This document shows, piece by piece, positions 1 through 9,078 of a stretch of 20,000 nucleotides of DNA. This DNA is from an uncultured virus (IMG/VR IMGVR_UViG_3300031787_000071). Lineage: Duplodnaviria > Heunggongvirae > Uroviricota > Caudoviricetes. The notes beneath the pieces are model-generated. The model worked only from the letters and a program-made list of their open reading frames with translations, was not told the origin of the DNA and searched no databases. The stretch is from IMG/VR virus record IMGVR_UViG_3300031787_000071, one strand, 5' to 3'. Each line of letters begins with the position of its first letter. Position 1 is the first letter of the stretch. The position numbers were made by a program, and so were the translations under genes.

Positions 1-82
1 GATTTTTAGACTCAATAAATACTTCTATCTCCGATTTATGATCCGGTGTTAGAAAATCGATTAATTTTTGTAAGCAACTCAT
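1..82 (-). CDS. Small hypothetical protein, N-terminal part (runs off the left edge)
   Basis: Manual translation from ATG at 82: MSCLQKLIDFLTPDHKSEIEVFIESKN..., open to the window edge, with an AGGAG RBS just upstream. Not in the ORF track. Confidence 0.6.
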   Translation of the reverse strand, partial: MSCLQKLIDFLTPDHKSEIEVFIESKN

Positions 83-152
83 AAAAACTCCTGTACAAGT
101 ATATATCCAATCCTATGTTGCAAGAGCACATTTTTTACGGTAATTAGTTTGA

Positions 153-159
153 CTAAATA
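153..159 (+). promoter_or_regulatory. T4-like late promoter (CTAAATA, variant of TATAAATA)
   Basis: GACTAAATAG lies about 25 nt upstream of the first structural gene (183). A second near-match, TATAAATT, is at 163-170. Confidence 0.55.
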
Positions 160-182
160 GTGTATAAATTCAAGAGGTACCC

Positions 183-380
183 ATGCCAAACACAAAAGTA
201 AAATCGCATAATCTTGCAAACACCGCAGTCACAGCAGGTTCTTATGGCGGGGATGGAAATGCAGCGGCTATTACTGTCGATGCACAAGGTCGAATCACAG
301 CAGCATCAAATGTTGCGGTAAGTGGCGGCGGTAGTGCAGAATCTTCAATACCAACAATGTTAATGTTATCGGGAATGTAA
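183..380 (+). CDS. Small tail-fibre-related protein
   Basis: Contains the phage fibre-repeat-like motif VTAGSYG...ITVDAQGRITAAS. GAGG RBS upstream. Hydrophobic C-terminus PTMLMLSGM. Confidence 0.7.
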   Translation: MPNTKVKSHNLANTAVTAGSYGGDGNAAAITVDAQGRITAASNVAVSGGGSAESSIPTMLMLSGM

Positions 381-381
381 A

Positions 382-714
382 ATGCCACAAACCTTCAAAG
401 TACTAGGACAATCAAATCCAACAGCATTTACAAATACAACTTTGTATACTGTACCAGCAGCGACTCAAGCGGTTATATCAACAATTACAATTGCAAATGC
501 CAATACTTCCGCAAATGCAAATTATAGTATTGCGGTACGCCCAGCCGGAGAAGCTATTGCTGCAAAACACTATATTACAAACAACAATGTGGTTCAATCG
601 GTGGATAGTATCGCATTGACTTTGGGATTGACTTTGGGAAATACTGATGTGGTTACTGTTTATACTTCATCATCTAATGTTTCATTTGGTATTTTTGGAT
701 CAGAGATAACGTAA
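382..714 (+). CDS. Putative virion structural/adaptor protein (beta-rich, 110 aa)
   Basis: MPQTFKVLGQSNP...TTLYTVPAATQAVISTITIAN resembles small proteins common in fibre regions of aquatic phages. Tightly packed with both neighbours (1-nt gaps). Confidence 0.7.
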   Translation: MPQTFKVLGQSNPTAFTNTTLYTVPAATQAVISTITIANANTSANANYSIAVRPAGEAIAAKHYITNNNVVQSVDSIALTLGLTLGNTDVVTVYTSSSNVSFGIFGSEIT

Positions 715-715
715 T

Positions 716-1651
716 ATGGCGATCAAGTCATTTGTAGAACAAAATATTAGATCACAAAGATTTAATAGAAGAGACACCTCGAATCCTTCGCGCAACGTAA
801 CTACTCCCACGGTCGAGTATTTGGTAGTTGCGGGTGGCGGTGGTGGTGGATACGGATCATCCTCTGGAGGTGGTGGAGCTGGAGGACTTTTAACAGCAAC
901 TAATTTTTCTATAACCAAAGGTTCTTCTTTAACTGTTACTGTTGGCGCGGGTGGTAATGGAGGCACCACGGCCAGTGGATCTAAAGGTTCTAACTCAGTT
1001 TTTAGTAGCGTCACTGCTATAGGAGGAGGTTTTGGATCTTATAATGGTGCTAGTGGTGGTACCGGTGGATCAGGCGGCGGCGGTGGATTGAGTACGTTTA
1101 CTGGCGGAGGCGCAGGTGGCACCGTGCAAAGTTCCGGCCAAGGAAATGCCGGCGGTGCAGCAACTGGTGATGGTTCTACTAGATTTTCATCCGGTGGAGG
1201 TGGAGGAGCAGGAGGTAACGGACAAACATGGACAACAGGTGTAACTGTCGCCTCTGATGGAGGATTAGCACTTCAATCATCAATATCTGGAACTTTAACA
1301 TATTATGCCGGCGGCGGTGGCTCAGGACAAGACACTCGAGCAACAGCTCTGACTAGGGCTGGATACGGAGGAGGAACTACTACAACTTCTCAAAAAGGAG
1401 GAGCGGGTGATGGAGGTACTAATGGAAGCGCAGGGCAAAGTGGATCTACAAACACCGGCGGTGGCGGCGCCAGCGGTTCTTATAGTCCTGGAGGCACTGG
1501 AAATGGAGGCGCAGGAGGTTCCGGAATTGTAATTATAAGATATACTTCAAATTTTCTGGATGCTGCTTCGACCACAGGATCTCCAACACTAACAATTTCT
1601 GGTGGATTTAAAATTTATACTTTCACAGGTTCAGGTTCAATTACTTTCTAA
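716..1651 (+). CDS. Glycine-rich virion/fibre-associated protein
   Basis: VEYLVVAGGGGGG...GGGGAGG...VTVGAGG...GGSGIVIIRY...KIYTFTGSGSITF is the typical architecture of phage Gly-rich domains. Confidence 0.8.
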   Translation: MAIKSFVEQNIRSQRFNRRDTSNPSRNVTTPTVEYLVVAGGGGGGYGSSSGGGGAGGLLTATNFSITKGSSLTVTVGAGGNGGTTASGSKGSNSVFSSVTAIGGGFGSYNGASGGTGGSGGGGGLSTFTGGGAGGTVQSSGQGNAGGAATGDGSTRFSSGGGGGAGGNGQTWTTGVTVASDGGLALQSSISGTLTYYAGGGGSGQDTRATALTRAGYGGGTTTTSQKGGAGDGGTNGSAGQSGSTNTGGGGASGSYSPGGTGNGGAGGSGIVIIRYTSNFLDAASTTGSPTLTISGGFKIYTFTGSGSITF

Positions 1652-1676
1652 TCACGAAAAATAAAAAGAAAAAGAT

Positions 1677-4600
1677 ATGCCATTAACACAACTAACAGGC
1701 GGATTAATTGAACCAGGATCAATTCAACAGTCCGATTTAAGTACAGAAGTAGCAGCAAACATATCTTCTGCTTTTGCTGCGGCTAACTCCGCAGCATCTT
1801 ACGCCAATCAGGCATTTTCTGCGGCGAATACAGCATCATCGGGTAGCATAGATAGTTACGCTAGAGATACAGCGAATAGTGCCGCTTTTTATGCTAATAG
1901 TGCATTTAACGAAGCGAATTCGGCCTTCAATAAAGCCAATACTTCTGTTATAGCAGGTAGTTATGCAAACTCAGCATACAGTCAGGCCAACAATGCAACT
2001 ACAAATGCTGGAGTGGCAGACACTAAAGCTGTAAATGCGGGATCATATGCTAACTCTGCGTATAGTCAAGCTAATACCGCCACAACAAATGCATCTACAG
2101 CTGATGGTAAAGCAGTAACAGCTGGTAACTATGCGAATACAGCATACAGTCAAGCAAACACCGCAACTATTAATGCTGCAACAGCCGATAGTAAAGCAGT
2201 AAGTGCTGGAGAATATGCTAATACTGCCTTTGGTCAAGCCAATACGGCCGTAACCAATGCTGCTACAGCTGATGATAAAGCTGTAAGTACTGCATCATAT
2301 TCTAATTCAGCATTTGGTGCCGCTAATAGTGGTTCATCTTATGCCAATTCAGCATATACTCAAGCTAATACAGCAACAACAAATTCAACTACAGCTGATC
2401 AAAAGGCCACAAGTGCTGGAGAATACGCTAACTCAGCCTATGGTCAATCTAATACCGCAATCACTAATGCATCTACCGCTGATGGTAAGGCTGTAACAGC
2501 TGGCATTTATGCCAACGCTGCCTTCAGTGAGGCCAACACTGTTGATTCTAAAGCAGTAACAGCTGGTAACTATGCCAACTCGGCATTTGGTGTTGCGAAC
2601 ACTGCAACTACAAATGCTGCGACTGCCGACAGCAAAGCAGTATCATCCGGAGTTTATGCTAACAGTGCTTATGGTGCTGCTAACACAGTAGATTCTAAAA
2701 TTATTGATGTTGGTGGTTATGCTAACTCAGCATACACTCAAGCAAATACCGCAGATAGTAAAGCAGTAACATCTGGTAACTATGCTAACTCAGCATATAC
2801 TCAAGCAAATACATCTGACAGTAAAGCGGTAAGTGCTGGTAGTTATGCTAACTCAGCTTACACACAAGCAAATACAGCAACTACAAATGCAGCAACTGCC
2901 GACAGTAAAGCTGTAAGTGCAGGATCATATGCTAATTCGTCCTTTAGTGTGGCTAATACAGCAACTACAAATGCTGCTACAGCTGATGGTAAAGCTGTTG
3001 ATGCAGGACAATATGCTAACTCTGCTTATACTCAAGCAAACACTGCAACTACAAATGCTGCTACAGCTGATGGTAAAGCAGTAACAGCTGGCAGTTATGC
3101 TAATGCAGCGTTTGGTATTGCCAACACAGCAGATGTCAATTCTATTTCTGCTGGTAACTATGCTAATGCTGCTTTTGCTGTGGCCAATAGTGGTATTACC
3201 GATTCTTGGGCTAGAGATACTGCAAACGCTGCATCTAGTTATGCCAATTCAGGATTTTATACTGCTAATAGTTCTGGTCTTTATGCTAATGCAGCATTTG
3301 CGGCCGCAAATACAGGAGTGCCAGATACTTTAGCTAGAGATACTGCTAATGCGGCATCAAGTTATGCCAATTCTTCTTTTAATACAGCGAATACTGCTGA
3401 CAGTAAAGCAGTGAGTGCTGGTAGTTATGCTAACTCAGCTTTTGGTGCAGCAAACACAACAGCAATTTACGCAAACGCTGCATTTGCTGATGCCAACACC
3501 AAATTTAGTTCATCGGGCGGCACAATCTCTGGTAACGTTACTATCCTCTATGATCTTAGTGTCTTAGGAAATGTTAGTTTTACAGGAAATGTTACTTCTG
3601 TAACTGTCACTGGTAATAGTGGTCAATTTTTTGGTGAAGCGAACGGGCATAACGCATTATATGCTGGTATTCCTGTTGGATATGACTATCAGCCACATAC
3701 AGTATTTCAAGCATCAACAAATGAGGATAATTACTCTCAAATAAACATTCAAAACATTAATCCTGGAAATAACGCATCATCTGATTATGTTGCTACGGCC
3801 GATAACGGTACTGAAAATGATACTTATATTGACATGGGTATTGCTAGTAGTCTGCATGCCGATCCTGAATTTACGTTAGTTGGTCCAAATGATGGTTACT
3901 TGTATGTGTCTGGCAATACAGTCACGGGCGGTGGTGGCCTTGTAATTGGTACACTTTTAGAAAATGATGTCATATTTACTGCTGGTGGCATGAATGAAGA
4001 AAATGAACAAATGCGTATCATTGGTTCAAGCAATACGATTAACATTCGTTCTAATGTAGATTCAAGTATCGCAAAGAGTGTTTTATTGGGACCAATTGCA
4101 AACCTTCATATTACAGGTGGTTCAAATGATGATTATATTAGAACCGATGGTTCAGGTAATCTGACATTTGCAAATTTAACTTCCGCAAATGTAATTAAAG
4201 TTTTATATGATACAGCTAACACTACTAGTCAAACAGCTGTAAGTTCTAGTTCATATGCAAATGGCGCTTTTGCTGCAGCTAATACAGCAGACCAAAAAGC
4301 TGTAACGGCTGGAACATACGCCAATGCGGCATTTGCAGCCGCTAATACAGGCGCCAGTAGTTCAGACCAATATGCTAGAGACACTGCTAATGCTGCATCT
4401 AGTTATGCCAATTCATCTTATAGTCAAGCAAACACAGCCACAACTAATGCTGCTACAGCTGATGGTAAAGCTGTAACAGCTGGATCATATGCTAATGCTG
4501 CCTTTGCTTTAGCTAATACCTCAGATAGTAAAGCAGTAACAGCAGGTAACTATGCTAATTCAGCTTATGGTCAAGCTAATACAGCAACTACCAATGCTAC

Positions 4601-5912
4601 TACTGCTGACTCTAAAGCTTTAACGGCAGGTGATTACGCTAACTCATCCTATACTCAAGCTAATACTGCTACAACAAATGCATCTACAGCTGATGGTAAA
4701 GCTGTAACAGCTGGTAACTATGCTAATAGTGCTTATGGTCAAGCTAATACTGCTACGACTAATGCTGCAACTGCTGATGGTAAAGCTGTAACAGCAGGAT
4801 CTTATGCTAATGGAGCTTATACTCAAGCTAATACCGCAACTACTAATGCTGCTACAGCTGATGGTAAAGCAGTAACAGCTGGTAACTATGCTAATAGTGC
4901 TTTTGCTGCTGCGAATACTGCTACAACAAATGCATCTACAGCTGATTCTAAAGCTGTTGATGCTGGTAACTATGCTAACTCTGCATTTAGTGTTGCTAAT
5001 ACGTCAGACAGTAAAGCAGTAACATCTGGATCATATGCTAATTCAGCTTACACGCAAGCAAATACAGCAACTACCGATGCTGCTACTGCTGACAGTAAAG
5101 CAGTAACAGCTGGTAACTATGCTAATTCAGCTTATACTCAAGCTAATACAGCAACTACCAATGCTACTACTGCTGATCAAAAGGCCACAAGTGCTGGATC
5201 ATATGCTAATTCAGCTTATGGTCAAGCTAATACTGCTACAACAAATGCATCTACCGCTGATGGTAAGGCTGTAACAGCTGGTAACTATGCTAACTCGGCA
5301 TTTGGTTCAGCTAATACTGCCGACAGTAAAGCAGTAACATCTGGATCATATGCTAATTCGGCATTTGGTGTAGCAAATACCGCAGATAGTAAAGCTGTAA
5401 CAGCTGGATCATATGCTAATTCATCATTCACTACCGCTAACACTGTAACATCAGCGAGTTTGTATGCTAATGGTGCTTTTGCTTCTGCAAACACTCGACT
5501 AGCTACAGCTGGTGGTACAATTTCTGGTGATTTAACAGTAACAGGATTCACCACTTTACAAGAAGTAACAGAAGTTTTAAGTACATTAACTGGTGCTACA
5601 GGAACAGTAACTCATAACTTAACTGATGGTTCTGTTTTTTATCACACAAGTGCTGCAGCAAACTTTACTGCGAATTTTACAAATGTACCAACCACAACAA
5701 GTCGATCTATTACAGTTACGATTGTTATAGTACAAGGTGCAACAGGATATATACCAAATGCCGTACAAATAGATGGCGCAGCACAAACAATTAATTGGGC
5801 TGGCGGTGCAGCACCCACACCAACAGCAAACAAAACTGAATTTTATTCATTTAATTTATTAAGAATAGGATCTGCATGGTCTGTATTTGGTTCTGAGATT
5901 ACATTTGGTTAA
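1677..5912 (+). CDS. Long tail fibre/adhesin-like protein with Ala-rich heptad-repeat stalks
   Basis: 1411 aa. Two long blocks of 7-residue units (ANSAYTQ/ANTATTN/AATADSK/AVTAGNY), a central beta-rich domain, and a C-terminal ~130-aa beta domain (NFTANFTNVP...INWAGGAAPTPTANKTEFYSF). Confidence 0.8.
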   Translation: MPLTQLTGGLIEPGSIQQSDLSTEVAANISSAFAAANSAASYANQAFSAANTASSGSIDSYARDTANSAAFYANSAFNEANSAFNKANTSVIAGSYANSAYSQANNATTNAGVADTKAVNAGSYANSAYSQANTATTNASTADGKAVTAGNYANTAYSQANTATINAATADSKAVSAGEYANTAFGQANTAVTNAATADDKAVSTASYSNSAFGAANSGSSYANSAYTQANTATTNSTTADQKATSAGEYANSAYGQSNTAITNASTADGKAVTAGIYANAAFSEANTVDSKAVTAGNYANSAFGVANTATTNAATADSKAVSSGVYANSAYGAANTVDSKIIDVGGYANSAYTQANTADSKAVTSGNYANSAYTQANTSDSKAVSAGSYANSAYTQANTATTNAATADSKAVSAGSYANSSFSVANTATTNAATADGKAVDAGQYANSAYTQANTATTNAATADGKAVTAGSYANAAFGIANTADVNSISAGNYANAAFAVANSGITDSWARDTANAASSYANSGFYTANSSGLYANAAFAAANTGVPDTLARDTANAASSYANSSFNTANTADSKAVSAGSYANSAFGAANTTAIYANAAFADANTKFSSSGGTISGNVTILYDLSVLGNVSFTGNVTSVTVTGNSGQFFGEANGHNALYAGIPVGYDYQPHTVFQASTNEDNYSQINIQNINPGNNASSDYVATADNGTENDTYIDMGIASSLHADPEFTLVGPNDGYLYVSGNTVTGGGGLVIGTLLENDVIFTAGGMNEENEQMRIIGSSNTINIRSNVDSSIAKSVLLGPIANLHITGGSNDDYIRTDGSGNLTFANLTSANVIKVLYDTANTTSQTAVSSSSYANGAFAAANTADQKAVTAGTYANAAFAAANTGASSSDQYARDTANAASSYANSSYSQANTATTNAATADGKAVTAGSYANAAFALANTSDSKAVTAGNYANSAYGQANTATTNATTADSKALTAGDYANSSYTQANTATTNASTADGKAVTAGNYANSAYGQANTATTNAATADGKAVTAGSYANGAYTQANTATTNAATADGKAVTAGNYANSAFAAANTATTNASTADSKAVDAGNYANSAFSVANTSDSKAVTSGSYANSAYTQANTATTDAATADSKAVTAGNYANSAYTQANTATTNATTADQKATSAGSYANSAYGQANTATTNASTADGKAVTAGNYANSAFGSANTADSKAVTSGSYANSAFGVANTADSKAVTAGSYANSSFTTANTVTSASLYANGAFASANTRLATAGGTISGDLTVTGFTTLQEVTEVLSTLTGATGTVTHNLTDGSVFYHTSAAANFTANFTNVPTTTSRSITVTIVIVQGATGYIPNAVQIDGAAQTINWAGGAAPTPTANKTEFYSFNLLRIGSAWSVFGSEITFG
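1770..3500 (+). repeat. Coding tandem repeat block 1 (21-nt units grouped as 63/84-nt repeats)
   Basis: Recurrent degenerate units such as tatgctaactcagc and aaagcagtaacagctggtaactatgc, all in frame with the fibre ORF. Boundaries approximate. Confidence 0.85.
4205..5495 (+). repeat. Coding tandem repeat block 2 (21-nt units grouped as 63/84-nt repeats)
   Basis: Same units as block 1, e.g. acagctgatggtaaagctgtaacagctggtaactatgctaat. Boundaries approximate. Confidence 0.85.
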
Positions 5913-5914
5913 AT

Positions 5915-6475
5915 ATGCCTAGATTATCTTCGATAAACACATTCGTTTTAAATTCTGTAATTGGTTCGGTAGCAACTGATCCAGAGCAAGCTAATTATCA
6001 AGGTGCCACTATGGTCTTTGTTTTACAAGGATCCGCACCAACAGGATGGGTTAAAGACACTTCAGATACCGATTATACTTTACGATGTGTTACAGGATCA
6101 GTATCAAGTGGAGGATCATCAGGATTTTCTTCCGTTATGTCATCTAAATCTTTAACAGGTAGTCTATCGGTAACTGGAACTGTAGGAGGAACATCACTTA
6201 CATCTAGTATGATACCCTCCCACAACCACGGACCTTATCCTGCTGCAGCAACTGTTGCTGCCAGCACAACTTCTCCTGTAATACCAGGACCATCAATAGC
6301 CAGAACAGTATCTAACAATTTTACACCTGGTGTGGTAAATCCAGGTGGTGTTAATCCTGGAGTTACAGCAACTGCTCATGATCATCCGTTAAATCCAGCA
6401 ACAAGTCCTGTAACCTTCACCACAGTAAATTTAGCTATTAAATATGTGGATTCAATTTTAGCAACAAGGACTTAA
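5915..6475 (+). CDS. Tail-collar-like/short fibre tip protein, paralog 1
   Basis: Collar-like motif GATMVFVLQGSAPTGWVKD...YTLR, two HxH motifs (SHNH, AHDH), and C-terminal LAIKYVDSILA. Confidence 0.75.
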   Translation: MPRLSSINTFVLNSVIGSVATDPEQANYQGATMVFVLQGSAPTGWVKDTSDTDYTLRCVTGSVSSGGSSGFSSVMSSKSLTGSLSVTGTVGGTSLTSSMIPSHNHGPYPAAATVAASTTSPVIPGPSIARTVSNNFTPGVVNPGGVNPGVTATAHDHPLNPATSPVTFTTVNLAIKYVDSILATRT

Positions 6476-6476
6476 T

Positions 6477-6974
6477 ATGGCATTAGTTATAGAATCAGGA
6501 TCAAGAACAATAATGAAAATGACCACTCCACCAACGGGATGGACAAAAGATACTACATATGATAATTATGCACTAAGAGTAACTACCGGTTCTGTTATTA
6601 ATAGAACTACAGGAGAGTCTTTTTCTACAGTTTTTAAAAATTATAATAGCATTGGTGTACCGGCACCTGGACTTTCTTATTCTGCTGTAAACGCCACTGT
6701 GATAGACGATGCGGCAATGACAACGCATAATCACACTACCATAACACACCCATCCGCATTGTTAACTAGACGAGGTGGTGCAGGTAATACGAACGTAGCT
6801 CGTACCCCAGCGGGAGCACCAGTTACTTTTAGTAATAACCCTGGTGGTGGAGGATCACATACTCATCCAATTGGAACTGTAGCCGTTACTGGTTCAATTA
6901 ATCAGAGTGGAGTTAATTCAGAAATAAATTTGAATATAAAATATGTTGACACTATTATAGCGGTTAGGAGTTAA
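6477..6974 (+). CDS. Tail-collar-like/short fibre tip protein, paralog 2
   Basis: SGSRTIMKMTTPPTGWTKD...YALRV, HxH motifs THNH and SHTH, and C-terminal LNIKYVDTIIA. Confidence 0.75.
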   Translation: MALVIESGSRTIMKMTTPPTGWTKDTTYDNYALRVTTGSVINRTTGESFSTVFKNYNSIGVPAPGLSYSAVNATVIDDAAMTTHNHTTITHPSALLTRRGGAGNTNVARTPAGAPVTFSNNPGGGGSHTHPIGTVAVTGSINQSGVNSEINLNIKYVDTIIAVRS

Positions 6975-6976
6975 TC

Positions 6977-7480
6977 GTGGCTATTTTTGATTCTGGAACA
7001 ACAACAATTTTTCATCAAACATCCGCACCCACTGGTTGGACGAAAGAAACTGTGAATTATAATAATCACGCACTTCGAGTAGTAAATGGATCGTCTTTGA
7101 GTTCTGGAGGTACTGTCGATTTCACAACAGGTTTTAATACTACATCATATATTTTTTCATCGGTTGCTGTTCCTTATACAGTAGGTAACCATACCTTAAC
7201 TGGAGCTCAGTTACCATATCACCTTCATGCTGTTGCGCCATCAACAAATAGATTTGCTATTGGAACTGCTACCACACCCACAAATGCTACATCTCCAATA
7301 ACTCCTGCTGTACCCGTTATGACTACTGCCGTACCGGCCGGTGGGCCGATAGGCGCATCAGTAGGTAGTTCAGGAGCGCACAATCACTCAATTACAATTA
7401 CCGCTAGTGGTAATGTTTTTGGTCCAAATTCTACAATAGGTGTAAATTATATTGATGTTATTATTGCTTCTTTAAACTAA
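6977..7480 (+). CDS. Tail-collar-like/short fibre tip protein, paralog 3
   Basis: GTG start with AGGAG RBS. SGTTTIFHQTSAPTGWTKE...HALRVV, HTLTGAQLPYHLH, AHNH, and C-terminal VNYIDVIIA. Confidence 0.75.
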   Translation: MAIFDSGTTTIFHQTSAPTGWTKETVNYNNHALRVVNGSSLSSGGTVDFTTGFNTTSYIFSSVAVPYTVGNHTLTGAQLPYHLHAVAPSTNRFAIGTATTPTNATSPITPAVPVMTTAVPAGGPIGASVGSSGAHNHSITITASGNVFGPNSTIGVNYIDVIIASLN

Positions 7481-7525
7481 TTCATATATAATAGTATATT
7501 CGTTTTTAACCGAAAGGCAATTTTT

Positions 7526-7885
7526 ATGATTCAAACACATAAATTAGTAGTAATTCCTGTTGATGGTATTGTCGTTACAGACCAAGAAGGTTTATCAGAG
7601 TTAGACTTATCTCAATGTGGAATACCAGATAATATACATGCATTACAATGGAATAATCCCATTTGGCCAGATAAACAAAATTCCCATCTAAATGGATTGC
7701 AATATGGCCAAGGATCTGGTTGGTTAGAATTTAGATCGACCGATCCTAATGAAAATATAACTGAATTACCACAATGGGCTATCAACTGTTATGATGTATG
7801 GTTGCAAGCATATAATATAAAACAAGCTGCACTAGCGGCATCAGATGCTGCTGATGAAGCCGCAGCTGCAGCAGAAAACAATTAA
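7526..7885 (+). CDS. Hypothetical protein, possible tail fibre assembly chaperone
   Basis: Acidic 119-aa protein (IPDNIHALQW...GWLEF...ITELPQWA) directly after the fibre genes. Function is inferred from position only. Confidence 0.55.
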   Translation: MIQTHKLVVIPVDGIVVTDQEGLSELDLSQCGIPDNIHALQWNNPIWPDKQNSHLNGLQYGQGSGWLEFRSTDPNENITELPQWAINCYDVWLQAYNIKQAALAASDAADEAAAAAENN

Positions 7886-7904
7886 ATTAAAAAGTGATTA
7901 TATT

Positions 7905-9065
7905 ATGAATAAATCATTAACTGAAAATAATTATATCTATATTCCCAACTTCATTAGTGAAGCCGCTGCAAAAGTCATGGCTTCCAACTTCAAAAGTCAC
8001 TGTAAACAAAATGAGGTTCAAGGAGACAATCAAGCTCCAAATTCTTCAGCGGAATATAATTTCATAGACTTTTTAGAAATGCTATGTGATAAAGTACCAA
8101 CGGTGAGCACAATTATAGGTGAAACCGTTTTACCAACATATAGTTATGCTAGAGTGTATAAAGATGGTAGTGTTTTGGAAAGACATAGGGATAGAGATGC
8201 TTGCGAAATAAGTTTAACTGTACATTTAGATGGTGATGAAGATTGGCCAATTTATATTGAAACTCCTGATGGTAATGAAGTTGAATTGATTCTAAAACCA
8301 GGTGATGCAATGCTTTATTTGGGATGTGTTGCTGATCATTGGAGAAATCAATTTTTAGGTAAAGAATATGTTCAGGTATTTTTACATTATGTAAGAAGTA
8401 GAGGTGATAAAGCTTATACTTATTTTGATAAGAAAAAAGATTCTCCAATCAAAAAAGAAGAAAGTGTGAAACAAGAAAAAACAACACCAGTTAAAATAAA
8501 CTCCAAAAATAAAATATCAGATTTCATTCAAATTTATGAAGATATTATTCCCTACTCACTATGTGATGAAATTATAAATGAGTATAAGAATGATGATAAT
8601 TGGTGTCTTGCTGGAGTAGGATACGAGGAAATGAATTTAAATGCTAGAAATGTAAATACAATTCCTATTTCACACGAAAATACAATTTTAAAAAATCCCG
8701 AAATAAGAAAACTTTTAGATGATAGACTTTATAAAGTTGCAAATGAGGTCATTAGAAAATATAATGATATTTTCCCACTAAGTCAAATAGAAGAAGATTC
8801 TGGATATGATTTATTAAAGTATGAGGTAGGGCAATTTTACCGGCAACATACAGATTCATACAAAAAACATCCTAGAGCAGTGTCTTGTTCTTTCGCACTA
8901 AATGATGATTTTGGAGGTGGAGAATTTGCTTTCTTTGATAGAGAGTTGATTTATAATTTAAAGAAAGGATCAGTAATCATGTTCCCTTCAAATTTTATGT
9001 ATCCACACGAAATCATGCCTGTAATCAAAGGCACTAGATATTCTATTATTACTTGGTTTGTTTAA
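7905..9065 (+). CDS. Tandem two-domain 2OG-Fe(II) oxygenase (prolyl-4-hydroxylase-like)
   Basis: Domain 1: YARVY..GSVLERHRD...HWR...QVFLHYV. Domain 2: LLKYEVGQFYRQHTD...GGEF.F...FPSNFMYPHEIMPVIKGTRYSIITW. Start reassigned from 7845 to ATG 7905, which removes the overlap with the upstream gene. Confidence 0.85.
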   Translation: MNKSLTENNYIYIPNFISEAAAKVMASNFKSHCKQNEVQGDNQAPNSSAEYNFIDFLEMLCDKVPTVSTIIGETVLPTYSYARVYKDGSVLERHRDRDACEISLTVHLDGDEDWPIYIETPDGNEVELILKPGDAMLYLGCVADHWRNQFLGKEYVQVFLHYVRSRGDKAYTYFDKKKDSPIKKEESVKQEKTTPVKINSKNKISDFIQIYEDIIPYSLCDEIINEYKNDDNWCLAGVGYEEMNLNARNVNTIPISHENTILKNPEIRKLLDDRLYKVANEVIRKYNDIFPLSQIEEDSGYDLLKYEVGQFYRQHTDSYKKHPRAVSCSFALNDDFGGGEFAFFDRELIYNLKKGSVIMFPSNFMYPHEIMPVIKGTRYSIITWFV

Positions 9066-9078
9066 AGGAGATTATATT

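Noticed and set aside
1770..5495. Tandem DNA repeats as a CRISPR array or non-coding repeat
   Set aside because: The units are degenerate at third codon positions, are multiples of 21 nt, stay in frame within one ORF and have no unique spacers.
700..5833. Antisense and alternate-frame ORFs (700-1014, 2043-2237, 2314-2496, 3097-3333, 4644-4826, 5285-5554, 5642-5833)
   Set aside because: They are shadows of low-complexity Gly- or Ala-rich genes, with no RBS or recognisable motifs.
1677..5912. Ice-nucleation or antifreeze protein
   Set aside because: The periodicity is 7/21/28 aa, not the 8/16/48-aa AGYGSTxT pattern of ice-nucleation proteins, and the context is a phage fibre module.
5915..7480. 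Diversity-generating retroelement or invertible tail-fibre cassette
   Set aside because: There is no reverse transcriptase or recombinase in the window, no near-identical template/variable repeat pair and no flanking inverted sites. The paralogs are highly diverged.
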